From the NCBI GenBank assembly GCA_963663765.2, contig CAXXUA010000005.1, positions 416,001-480,000 of the forward strand: DNA of 64,000 nt, given 5' to 3'. The notes beneath the pieces are model-generated. The model worked only from the letters and a program-made list of their open reading frames with translations, had not been told where the DNA came from and ran no database searches. The position numbers and the translations under genes are program-made. Shown here piece by piece: positions 1-9,163 of this stretch (position 1 is the first letter of the stretch; every line of letters begins with the position of its first letter). The stretch comes from Candidatus Poribacteria bacterium (GTDB taxonomy: Bacteria; Poribacteria; WGA-4E; WGA-3G).

Positions 1-1173
1 AATGTCGGTTATGGTAGGCAGGAAATCGCTGATGCTGTATATGCACAGATACAGGAATTATGCTACTATCCACATTCACAAATCAATGTTCCTGCAACCG
101 AATTAGCCGAGAAGTTAGCTGCATGTCTACCCGGTGATTTAAACCATGTCTATTTCTGTAACAGCGGGTCTGAAGCAAATGAAACTGCAATAAAAATTGC
201 CAGACAGTATGGAAAACTAACATATCCAGGAGAAAATCGTTACAAAATCATTAGTCGTTATCGTGGGTATCACGGATTTACCTACGGTGCAATGTCTGCC
301 ACTGGACAAGCAAGGAGACGGGCTGCATTTGAACCGTTGGTACCGGGATTTTACCATGCTCAACCGCCATACTGCTATCGATGTCCACTCGGTTTAGATG
401 TTGCTTCCTGCAATGATGCATGTGTCAATGATATAGAACGAATCATACAATCAGAAGGTCCTGAAACAGTGATTGCTGTTATTGCAGAACCTATTATCGG
501 TGGAGGTGGAGTGATTGTTCCAACAGACGAATACTTCCCAAAATTGCGTAAAATCTGTGATGACTATGGATTGTTACTTATTCTTGATGAAGTAATCACA
601 GGATTCGGACGAACAGGAAAAATGTTTGCATGTGAACATTGGGGTGTACAGCCAGATATTATCACCCTTGCTAAGGGATTAACCAGCGGATATATACCAC
701 TGGGTGCATGTGTAACTTCAACTTCGGTATTTAATACATTCCTGGGTAATCCGGGAGAAAATCGGGAGTTTTCACAAGTTTGCACTTATGGTGGACATCC
801 AGTTGCATGCGCCGCAGGTATAGCAAATCTGAACATTCTGCAAGAAGAACGTCTTTGGGAAAACGCTGAAAAGGTTGGAAAGTATCTAATTGACAAACTC
901 AAGACATTACTTGACTTACCCATCGTAGGTGACGTGCGTGGGAAAGGTTTAATGCTTGCAGTGGAACTAATACAATCAGATGGTTCGCAACTTGAAACTG
1001 CAGAAACAAATAGAATTCTTGCAGAATTAAAACAAAAAGGTGTAATTGTCGGAAAAATCGGACACGCATTGTTTGAACCTGAAAACATTATTTTTATTGC
1101 ACCACCTTTGATTCTTACAGAAACTGAGGCAGACAAAATTTATTATACCTTACGGGAGGTACTTATCCAATAG
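1..1173 (+). CDS. Class III PLP-dependent aminotransferase, 5'-truncated by the window edge
   Basis: Frame is open from base 1 (NVGYGRQEIADAV...NSGSEANE...YHGFTYG) into the ORF at 292; DEVITGFGRTG and LAKGLTSGY motifs. Confidence 0.9.
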   Translation, partial: NVGYGRQEIADAVYAQIQELCYYPHSQINVPATELAEKLAACLPGDLNHVYFCNSGSEANETAIKIARQYGKLTYPGENRYKIISRYRGYHGFTYGAMSATGQARRRAAFEPLVPGFYHAQPPYCYRCPLGLDVASCNDACVNDIERIIQSEGPETVIAVIAEPIIGGGGVIVPTDEYFPKLRKICDDYGLLLILDEVITGFGRTGKMFACEHWGVQPDIITLAKGLTSGYIPLGACVTSTSVFNTFLGNPGENREFSQVCTYGGHPVACAAGIANLNILQEERLWENAEKVGKYLIDKLKTLLDLPIVGDVRGKGLMLAVELIQSDGSQLETAETNRILAELKQKGVIVGKIGHALFEPENIIFIAPPLILTETEADKIYYTLREVLIQ

Positions 1174-2031
1174 AAGTCTTAATTGGTGACGTTTAGCAAT
1201 CGGTATTTTGTCCGGTTGCGTCGCGATTGCATATTGAAGAGAACTTGCACAAGCACAATTGCGTTGACCGTCGGGTATTTTGGATACTATATTTTTCACT
1301 ATTTGTTTGGAAATCTCAACGTTGGAACGAAGATTGTTTAGTATCATCTCTGTAGTAACATTATCATGGTCAGGATGCCAACAATCATAGTCGGTAGAAC
1401 ACGCAAGCACTGCATAACAAATCTCTGCTTCGCGTGCAAGTTTTGCCTCAGGGGCTGCTGTCATACCAATAATGTCAAAACCGAGTTGTCTATAGACATT
1501 GGATTCTGCTTGTGTAGAAAATGCTGGTCCTTCCATGCAGATGTAAGTACCGCCATTGTGGACAGTTGCTCCAACATCTGTAGCTGCATCATATAAGAAC
1601 GTGCTGAGATGTGGACAAAACGGGTGGGCAAGACTAATATGTGCCGCAATGCCTTCACCAAAAAATGTAGACATTCTGTTCTTAGTGTGATCATAGAGTT
1701 GATCTGGTACAACGAAATGTCGCGGTTCAATGTCCTGTTTTAAACTACCAACAGCACTAACAGATATTAACCATTCTACACCAAGGGATTTCATTGCATA
1801 TATATTAGCACGTACATTTATATCTGAAGGAAGCAAAGGATGTCCAACAGCATGTCTTGGTAGAAAAACTACCAAATTACCATCAAGTTTTCCCTTGATA
1901 AACTTATCACTCGGTTTACCAAAAGGTGTTTCAATTTCAACTGAATCTATTTCAGTTAAACCTTCTATTTGATAAAATCCACTACCACCTAATATGCCAA
2001 TTTTGACATGCATATATATCATATACTCCAA
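1150..2031 (-). CDS. mtnP: S-methyl-5'-thioadenosine phosphorylase
   Basis: GILGGSG, PRH, MEGPAFST.AES, GMT..PEAKLAREAEICYA and TDYDCW motifs. Confidence 0.92.
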   Translation of the reverse strand: MEYMIYMHVKIGILGGSGFYQIEGLTEIDSVEIETPFGKPSDKFIKGKLDGNLVVFLPRHAVGHPLLPSDINVRANIYAMKSLGVEWLISVSAVGSLKQDIEPRHFVVPDQLYDHTKNRMSTFFGEGIAAHISLAHPFCPHLSTFLYDAATDVGATVHNGGTYICMEGPAFSTQAESNVYRQLGFDIIGMTAAPEAKLAREAEICYAVLACSTDYDCWHPDHDNVTTEMILNNLRSNVEISKQIVKNIVSKIPDGQRNCACASSLQYAIATQPDKIPIAKRHQLRLLLDKYLP

Positions 2032-2065
2032 AGGAAAGCAATCTGAATTGCAATAATAAATTTTT

Positions 2066-2887
2066 ATGCCAATATTACGATGTGGAAATTGGGTAGTTGA
2101 GGGAAAGTCCAGTTCTGCTGTTGCAACTTATATCAGGATAAAGGAATTAGACCTAATTTTCGATTTAGGTAGGTGTCCAATGCGTTTTATCGGCACTAAC
2201 CATGTCTTTATATCACATTTCCACCTTGATCACTATTTTGGGATACCCATCTATATCAGTCAACGATGGCTCGCAGGAATACCTCCGGGAAAAATCTATG
2301 TTCCATCTCAAGGATTCAAGCAATTACGGAACATACTCAACAAAATCTCTAATTTAGACGGAGGAAATAACTGGGGTTATCAACTATCACCAGTAGAAAC
2401 AGGCGATTCAATTCCGTTCAGACGGAATTTGGTTGCGCAAGTTCTCCCAGGAAACCACACTGTTCCAGCAGTTTCCTATCTAATCTGTGAAAAACGCAAA
2501 AAACTGAAATCCGAATACCACAATTTACCTGAAACTGAAATTATACAACTAAAACGTTCAGGTGTTGAAATAACTTATGAAGTACAATTACCCTTAGTCG
2601 CATATTTAGGTGATACTCAGGGTATAGCAATTGACTCACATCCATTACTTAAACAGTGCAAACTGTTAATATGTGAATGTACCTTTATTGCTCCTGAACA
2701 TCTTGACCGTGCAAAAAAAACACAACACTTACACCTTGACATGTTACCAAGTCTATTTAAACAATTTGAAAGTGAACATATTATACTAAATCACTTTTCA
2801 CGCCGCTACACATCTGAGTATATCCAGCACGAAGTCTATAAAAGGCTACCAAAATCTGAACACTCCCGTGTGCAGTTATTTCAATAA
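2066..2887 (+). CDS. rnz: Short-form ribonuclease Z (metallo-beta-lactamase fold)
   Basis: HFHLDH motif II, KLK.EY arm, YLGDT, ECTF, HLH and HFSRRY motifs. Confidence 0.75.
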   Translation: MPILRCGNWVVEGKSSSAVATYIRIKELDLIFDLGRCPMRFIGTNHVFISHFHLDHYFGIPIYISQRWLAGIPPGKIYVPSQGFKQLRNILNKISNLDGGNNWGYQLSPVETGDSIPFRRNLVAQVLPGNHTVPAVSYLICEKRKKLKSEYHNLPETEIIQLKRSGVEITYEVQLPLVAYLGDTQGIAIDSHPLLKQCKLLICECTFIAPEHLDRAKKTQHLHLDMLPSLFKQFESEHIILNHFSRRYTSEYIQHEVYKRLPKSEHSRVQLFQ

Positions 2888-2899
2888 CAATTGAACAAT

Positions 2900-2961
2900 A
2901 ATCACATTGGTGTCAATCGCAAAACATACACTGTTTTTCTTTGGTTGACACCAATGTGATT
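2900..2961. terminator. Perfect 17-bp inverted repeat between convergent genes, probable bidirectional terminator
   Basis: AATCACATTGGTGTCAA (2900-2916) and TTGACACCAATGTGATT (2945-2961). Confidence 0.5.
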
Positions 2962-3022
2962 CGTTGAATGCTAACCAACCTACTGACGACCATATAAGGG
3001 AAGGACATAATTCAAAAAGTTT

Positions 3023-4456
3023 CTATTGTGCAGCACCAGGATATGAGTTTGGATCTTGATCAGATGTACCATTTTCAAGTTCCACATAAAACATATAACC
3101 GTCTTGATCCAGATCAAGTTCATATTGACGTATAATCTGCTCAGCTTCTCGTAAATATGATCTGTCACCTTTTGTTAGACTGATATAGTCCTTGAATCCT
3201 TCATACGCTGCGCCAAACTCACGTATTGCTTTATAGCAAATCGCCTGTTGATATACAGCTTCGTTCCGCCATGAGGACTCAGCAGCATCGTCAAAAAGAC
3301 CTTGATATGCTTTTATTGCTCGTTCGTATTGACCACTTTGCTGGTAAAGGGAACCAATCTGGTAAAGTGCATTGGCTACAGCGAACTTTTTATGGGAAAT
3401 ATCACGGGCTAACACTTTATAGGTTTCAATAGCGTTGGGAAAATTCCTTAGAGATTCCCAGTTCCGTGCAATTTGCTCAAAGTTCTGTACGATTAACTCA
3501 GTCTTACCTTGAATCCATCTATCAGATGGTAATACATATCTGTCAAGTTTTTCAAATTCGAGCGCTTTTTTACTTTTATTACGCTGAATCTCATCCTGAA
3601 GTTGTTTGATTTCTATCAAGGTTTCTTGTGTTTTATTTAACAAATCCTTAACTTTGTCAGCTTGAAAAGTATCTGGAAAATCTTGCGCAACCTTAACAAA
3701 AGCTCCCCATCCACCTGAATTGGTGTAGTCATAAAGCTTGTAGAAATAGATGTTGCCGACCTGAAATTGTGCCTCAACTGCTTTTGGATGATCGGAAAAC
3801 TCTTTCGCCATTTTCTCAAATGTGGCAATTGACTCTGTATAATTCTCCAATGTCTCAAAGGCTTGTGCTACCGTATACAAGGATTCTGCCGCAGTATTGT
3901 AACTTTCATCAGTCCCATCGGTTTCATATATTGCTTTATAGTTTTGATAGTTAGCACGTTCTTGCTGGATGAGTTCACGGTTATTATGAATTTTTGCAAT
4001 ACCACTCTTGGCTTCATTTGCATAGAACCCGGTCGGATCAAGTTCTATAATTGCTTGATAATGTTCATTTGCCTTGTCCCATTCATAAAACCTTTTATAT
4101 ATCGTTGCTATCTGATAATGAGAACGTTGTGCATACTTACCATTCACATCGCGGTTGATAATTTCCAGATATTGCATTATGGCTGTATCGTATAATTGCC
4201 GCTGCTTAGACTTAGCTTTTTCTTTTTCTTCTGGGTCATCTGATTGCGTAGATACAACTTCTGCTTTGTCAAAGGTATCATCTGCATTTTGTATTTTGGC
4301 ACTCAATGGAACAATATTAACACCCCCGATACATCCAACAGTAGTTAACATAAAAAAACCAAGTATGAGTACAATGAGATAACTTCGGTCTATTCTTAAA
4401 ACCAAACCAGTCGTTAAACGAATCATCGTTCTTATCCTCCTCAGGAATGTAATCAT
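3023..4456 (-). CDS. TPR-repeat lipoprotein with a C-terminal Asp-rich Ca-binding-like motif
   Basis: Lipobox TVGC; repeated A.Y.IG..Y TPR helices; DLDQDGY...E...GTSDQDPNSYP tail. Confidence 0.75.
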   Translation of the reverse strand: MITFLRRIRTMIRLTTGLVLRIDRSYLIVLILGFFMLTTVGCIGGVNIVPLSAKIQNADDTFDKAEVVSTQSDDPEEKEKAKSKQRQLYDTAIMQYLEIINRDVNGKYAQRSHYQIATIYKRFYEWDKANEHYQAIIELDPTGFYANEAKSGIAKIHNNRELIQQERANYQNYKAIYETDGTDESYNTAAESLYTVAQAFETLENYTESIATFEKMAKEFSDHPKAVEAQFQVGNIYFYKLYDYTNSGGWGAFVKVAQDFPDTFQADKVKDLLNKTQETLIEIKQLQDEIQRNKSKKALEFEKLDRYVLPSDRWIQGKTELIVQNFEQIARNWESLRNFPNAIETYKVLARDISHKKFAVANALYQIGSLYQQSGQYERAIKAYQGLFDDAAESSWRNEAVYQQAICYKAIREFGAAYEGFKDYISLTKGDRSYLREAEQIIRQYELDLDQDGYMFYVELENGTSDQDPNSYPGAAQ

Positions 4457-4974
4457 TTTCTGTCAGTCAGTTGAAAAGTTGATTAGAATTAGGTCATGTT
4501 TAAAAGTATAACAAAAACAAAAAATATGTCAAGAAAATAATGTAAATTGCATGATATATGTAAACAACTTAACATTACGATCTACAGTACAATAAAGAAT
4601 CTCCTCTTCATTTGTAAAAAGGAACTATTAATACCAACATCAAAAATGTTTACCAGTGGAGTGTCTATTCTATAAATGGTAGGTTTATTCTTCAATAGAA
4701 CTTACGTAACAAACCCATTTTCATCTGCAGGTCCCTAAATACTTCAAGCATTCATACCGTTGATTTCTGTATTTGTGAATCCTTGTTCAGACAAAGAAGA
4801 GGATTGTTTATTTGGATTTTAAAATCTTATCCTGGTTATATAATAATCCTGTCCATCCTGGTTCAGACAAATGTCAAGAACTTTACACACCCAGTTCATA
4901 TTGGTTTTTCTATTGATATGGATGAAAATTTCTGTTATTATATTGAACAAAGTTTTTATTAAAGGTATATTGCA

Positions 4975-5676
4975 ATGAATGCTGATCCGACAACAATTGA
5001 TGCAATACTAACGCATATACAGGGAAACCTACTTACGAAGGTTGTTAATCTATCAGAACTACAAACAACAGATGGATTGCACCAATTTCGGAGTCATTTG
5101 CATAGTATCCACAATTTCTGTATTCGTGCTCAATTGTCAAAAGACATCAGTAATCAGGTAGAAATTCTGCTTTCAACAAGTGCAAGTTTCTGGCAACTCA
5201 TCGCTGACAATGAGTTACTTTTGGAGAACTTAAAGGATTTTACACGTGTTCGCACTTTCTCAGCAGAAGCAGAAGGTATTACAAATTTGGAAGAACTACT
5301 CAGTGGTGAGGACACGCTTCGAGATGTGATTATCAATAGTATTGCATTTATGCTGAATTGGAAAGCAAATACGTTATGGGTTAATTCAGCTAAAAAAGCA
5401 CGTTCTGCGTTGACAAAAAACTATATGTTGGAGATTCAGGATAGGATTTGGCAGTTCATAAAAGAAACACAGAATCAGTCTGAAGCGATAGATGTGGAAC
5501 AATCTGAAAAGATACGTGAACGCACAGAAAAGTTTATAAAGGTCATTCAAGCGAGCGACCTTACGACTGAAGCACAAATTGCTTTGTTGATACAAATTTA
5601 CACGATGTTACTGCGTTTTCAACTTGGACAATTGATTATACTGTTAGAAAACTTACAGGAAGACGCATCAGAATAA
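4975..5676 (+). CDS. Hypothetical alpha-helical protein, first gene of the mazG operon
   Basis: 233-aa ORF with AAGG RBS, ending 12 bp before mazG. Confidence 0.7.
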   Translation: MNADPTTIDAILTHIQGNLLTKVVNLSELQTTDGLHQFRSHLHSIHNFCIRAQLSKDISNQVEILLSTSASFWQLIADNELLLENLKDFTRVRTFSAEAEGITNLEELLSGEDTLRDVIINSIAFMLNWKANTLWVNSAKKARSALTKNYMLEIQDRIWQFIKETQNQSEAIDVEQSEKIRERTEKFIKVIQASDLTTEAQIALLIQIYTMLLRFQLGQLIILLENLQEDASE

Positions 5677-5688
5677 GGATTGCATTAA

Positions 5689-6471
5689 ATGCAAAAAGAA
5701 CTGTTTGAGTCACTCGTAGAGGTGATTGCGGTATTGAGGGGAGAGAACGGGTGTCCTTGGGATAGAGAACAGACGCATACTTCCTTGAAATCCACTTTAT
5801 TAGAGGAAACCTATGAAACCGTTGAAGCGATTGATTCAGGTGAACCGGACAAACTAAAAGAGGAACTTGGAGACCTTCTGCTAAACATCATGCTTCAAGC
5901 GCAGATTGCATCAGAACAGCAGCATTTTGACATATACGATGTGATAGATACGTTGACAGAGAAACTAATAAGAAGGCACCCACATGTATTTGGAGATGTT
6001 GATGTTAGTAATGCAGACGAAGTAGTGATGAACTGGGAAGCCATAAAGAAGCAAGAAGCTGGTTACGAGGATCGAACATCTGCACTTGATGGTATACCGA
6101 TTGCATTACCATCCTTATTACGTGCGCAAAAAATACAGAAACGTGCTGCCCGAGTTGGATTTGATTGGGAAAATATCTCTGATGTGGTTGACAAAGTTGA
6201 CGAGGAATTAGATGAGATGAAGGAGTGTCTACAAGAAAATGATGATGATGCTGTTGAAATGGAAATCGGAGACCTGCTTTTTGCTATAGTCAATTTGTGT
6301 CGCTTTGTTGATCTCCAGGCTGAAGAAACATTAAGGAAATCCAATCGTAAGTTTATCTCACGTTTTAAACGAATGGAGGTTGAATTGACAAAAAAGGGAA
6401 AAAGCATAGAAGATCAATCTCTTGAAGAACTTGATGAAATATGGGAAGCGGTAAAAAAAGATGAACTATGA
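5689..6471 (+). CDS. mazG: Nucleoside triphosphate pyrophosphohydrolase MazG
   Basis: GCPWDREQT, EELGDLL, KLIRRHPHVF, GFDW and EIGDLLF motifs. Confidence 0.95.
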   Translation: MQKELFESLVEVIAVLRGENGCPWDREQTHTSLKSTLLEETYETVEAIDSGEPDKLKEELGDLLLNIMLQAQIASEQQHFDIYDVIDTLTEKLIRRHPHVFGDVDVSNADEVVMNWEAIKKQEAGYEDRTSALDGIPIALPSLLRAQKIQKRAARVGFDWENISDVVDKVDEELDEMKECLQENDDDAVEMEIGDLLFAIVNLCRFVDLQAEETLRKSNRKFISRFKRMEVELTKKGKSIEDQSLEELDEIWEAVKKDEL

Positions 6472-7208
6472 AATTAATCAAAAAATATCAGTCCCCTTCA
6501 CATTATGACAAATACAACCAACTTATTGATAAGATAGATACCGAAGCGCCTCCGCAAATAGTTTTAACTTATAGAACCTCCCATCCGATAAATGTCTCTG
6601 GAAAAAAACTTGGTATATTTTCAGGTTCATTTAATCCCATCACTATTTCTCACATAAAAATGATAGAAGAAGCCCGTGAGTGCTTTCAGTTTGATGCGAT
6701 GCTGTTGCTTCTTGCAAAATCAAATGTTGATAAAGAAGTATTTGGATTGCCGCTTGCTGATAGGGCAATCATTCTAAGTCGATATGCAGAGAAACAGGCA
6801 CATGTTTCAGTTGGCATATCAAGTCATGGTAGGTACATTGACAAAGTTACAGCATTAAAGCAAATTTATCCTGCTAATACAGAGTTCTTTTTCATTGTAG
6901 GTCATGACACTTTGGTAAGGATTTTTGATTCGAAATACTACGAAGATATGCAAACTGAATTACAGCATCTATTTTCACAGTGCGAATTTATTGCTGCCAA
7001 TCGTGCCAATGTTGATATTCGAACGATCAAAGATTTTATGTCTCAACCCTCAAACCTTCCTTTTAGTTCCTCCGTCTCATATCTAAGACTCCCTGATTTG
7101 TATGCTGAAGTATCATCTACTGATGTACGTCAACGATTATTAGAAGATAAACCCATTTCACATTTAGTTCCCTCCTTTGTTGTTGAAATGTTGAAATCAG
7201 ATTGTTGA
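6468..7208 (+). CDS. NadD/Pof1-like nucleotidyltransferase
   Basis: GSFNPITISH, NVDK, GHDTLVRIFDSKYY and VSSTDVR motifs; ATGA overlap with mazG. Confidence 0.75.
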   Translation: MKLIKKYQSPSHYDKYNQLIDKIDTEAPPQIVLTYRTSHPINVSGKKLGIFSGSFNPITISHIKMIEEARECFQFDAMLLLLAKSNVDKEVFGLPLADRAIILSRYAEKQAHVSVGISSHGRYIDKVTALKQIYPANTEFFFIVGHDTLVRIFDSKYYEDMQTELQHLFSQCEFIAANRANVDIRTIKDFMSQPSNLPFSSSVSYLRLPDLYAEVSSTDVRQRLLEDKPISHLVPSFVVEMLKSDC

Positions 7209-7243
7209 GTCTATCGTAGTTTTCATTAATTTTGTAAATCATG

Positions 7244-7365
7244 CAGGACTTACGCAAAAAAGGTAGGCGTGCTTTGTAAGCGCGCTGGAAACCCATAAAA
7301 ACGCTGATAATTGCATCATTTTCAACATAATTTTTGATTAAATCAAGAAAACTGCGTAAGTCCTG
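7244..7365. mobile_element. MITE family A (TIR CAGGACTTACGCA), 122 bp, TSD TCATG
   Basis: Terminal inverted repeats and a 5-bp flanking direct repeat; nearly identical to 38360-38481. Confidence 0.85.
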
Positions 7366-7857
7366 TCATGTTAGGAATTCTGTATCAGTAGTGTGTTAAT
7401 ATTGACACACTATTGTATGTATTCTTGTTGTATTGTTTCTGACAAAAAACAATTATTTTAAATTAGATACAGTTAGAAATTACACACTAATGGTTGAATG
7501 TAAGAATACAAAGATTAAAATGGATAGAATGTTTAGAATGAGTAGACAATAATTTTATTGGCATCACTTTTGCTATCAAGTTGACATATAAGTGTTAATT
7601 ATATCAAGGAAAAGTATAATTGTTTTGAAACCAGATAAAGTAATTGACGTTTTGTATTGCAACACTTTTACAACATTTTCACTTGCTTTAATTTACAAAT
7701 AAATTATTGACTAATAAAAGTATTGTAAGAGGATGTGTTTGGAAGCTGGTTTCCTTAATATACAAAAAGAAATACGTTACCGCTGGATAAATGCAAGTCA
7801 AAAAGACATCATAAGTTGATGTTCACAACAGTATAAGGTTTGCAGGAGGCAGAATAT

Positions 7858-7989
7858 ATGTTTAACGTAATCGTTCTTGGCGGTTTAGGTTCCTTAATGG
7901 GAGTTGGTGCAGGATACTTAATTCTCAACGCATTTTTTGCGGGAGTGGAGCATATAGCCAAACCAGGATCTTTAAAATCAGAAGAATAA
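7858..7989 (+). CDS. Small 43-aa single-pass membrane protein, not in the ORF track
   Basis: AGGAGG RBS upstream; MFNVIVLGGLGSLMGVGAGYLILNAFFAGVEHIAKPGSLKSEE. Confidence 0.65.
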   Translation: MFNVIVLGGLGSLMGVGAGYLILNAFFAGVEHIAKPGSLKSEE

Positions 7990-8216
7990 AAAAGTTGACA
8001 ACAGACACTTTTTCTATTACCATTTTGCATCAGGACTTTCACAGTTTTCATGATTTAATCAAGGATTCTGATGAAAACGATGAAATATTCAGAGTTATTC
8101 TGAGAGCAAGCGAGCTTACAAAGCACGCCAACCGTAGTGAATGTAAGTCCTATTGTATATAATAGAGAAAAGGGAAGAAGGATATAGCAGTATTTTGTTT
8201 GTGAACTCAAAGTGAA

Positions 8217-8897
8217 ATGCAATTTGAACAACTCCATTCATGGGATGTTAGTATTGATGAAGCGAAGCAGATTCAAGGTGAGTTGCGCGAACGGGTAGTC
8301 CGGTTAGAACGGTTTGATAAAATCAGAACAGTCGCGGGTGTTGATATTGGGATTAGAGACAACATTGCACTTGCTTCTGTGGTAGTCCTAAACTTTCCAG
8401 ATTTACAGATTGTAGATGGTGTCGTTACTGAGAGTAAAGTAAGATTTCCGTATATACCAGGTTACCTATCCTTTCGCGAAATACCACCACTTTTGGTGGC
8501 ATTCGCGCGCCTGCAGACAGAACCTGACCTTGTTATAGTAGATGGTCAAGGCATTGCGCATCCGAGACGATTTGGTTTGGCATCCCATTTAGGATTGGTT
8601 TTGAATAGACCAACGATTGGGTGTGCTAAGTCTCGTTTGTGTGGACAATACACTGAACCTGACAAGGTAAAAGGTGCTTATTCTCCCCTTTTTGACAAAG
8701 ACGAAATAATTGGTACTGTTCTACGAACCCGTACGAACGTTAGTGTCGTTTTCGTATCCATTGGACATAATATTTCACTTGATGCTGCAAGAAAACTGAC
8801 CCTTGCTTGCTGCACGCGTTATCGTTTACCTGAGACAACGCGATATGCTCATAAAGCTGCCTCGGGTAATATCCCCGAAGGAGTGAAGTTTGTTTGA
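8217..8897 (+). CDS. nfi: Endonuclease V
   Basis: AGVD, FPYIPGYLSFRE, VDGQGIAHPRRFGLASH, GCAKS and RLPE motifs. Confidence 0.95.
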   Translation: MQFEQLHSWDVSIDEAKQIQGELRERVVRLERFDKIRTVAGVDIGIRDNIALASVVVLNFPDLQIVDGVVTESKVRFPYIPGYLSFREIPPLLVAFARLQTEPDLVIVDGQGIAHPRRFGLASHLGLVLNRPTIGCAKSRLCGQYTEPDKVKGAYSPLFDKDEIIGTVLRTRTNVSVVFVSIGHNISLDAARKLTLACCTRYRLPETTRYAHKAASGNIPEGVKFV

Positions 8898-9053
8898 GTT
8901 AGCGGATAATGTTCTTTATATGTATAGTCACAATAGGAATTCTAACTATAAAACAGATAGACTCAATCTTAGCAAGAAAACAATCTCCCAAGAAGTTTGA
9001 AATGAAGGGAATTAACTGACAATCCCAAGCATTTATGCTTGGGTCAAAAAACG

Positions 9054-9083
9054 TTGACATATATATGTCTTCTATGGTATCCT
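9054..9083 (+). promoter_or_regulatory. Sigma70-type promoter of tnpB element 1
   Basis: TTGACA-18 nt-TATCCT with an extended -10 TG. Confidence 0.55.
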
Positions 9084-9090
9084 TATAGGA

Positions 9091-9144
9091 CTGACTCCGT
9101 GATAGGTGTTGACGCACCTATCACACCACGTCAATGGAAGTCAG
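9091..9144 (+). ncRNA. Putative pseudoknotted 5' leader RNA of tnpB, copy 1
   Basis: P1 CTGACT/AGTCAG; 10-bp P2; loop TTGACG complementary to downstream CGTCAA; same topology at 46371-46422 with compensatory changes. Confidence 0.65.
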
Positions 9145-9163
9145 CACCCTACAAGAGTTAGGT

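Noticed and set aside
7366-7857. AT-rich region as a replication origin
   Set aside because: No cluster of DnaA boxes was seen and no origin-linked genes are nearby.
9012-9015. TTAA as the left junction of TnpB element 1
   Set aside because: It also restores the frame, but the guide CAAT predicts TGnA and the 17-nt spacing seen in element 2 supports a junction at 9006/9007.
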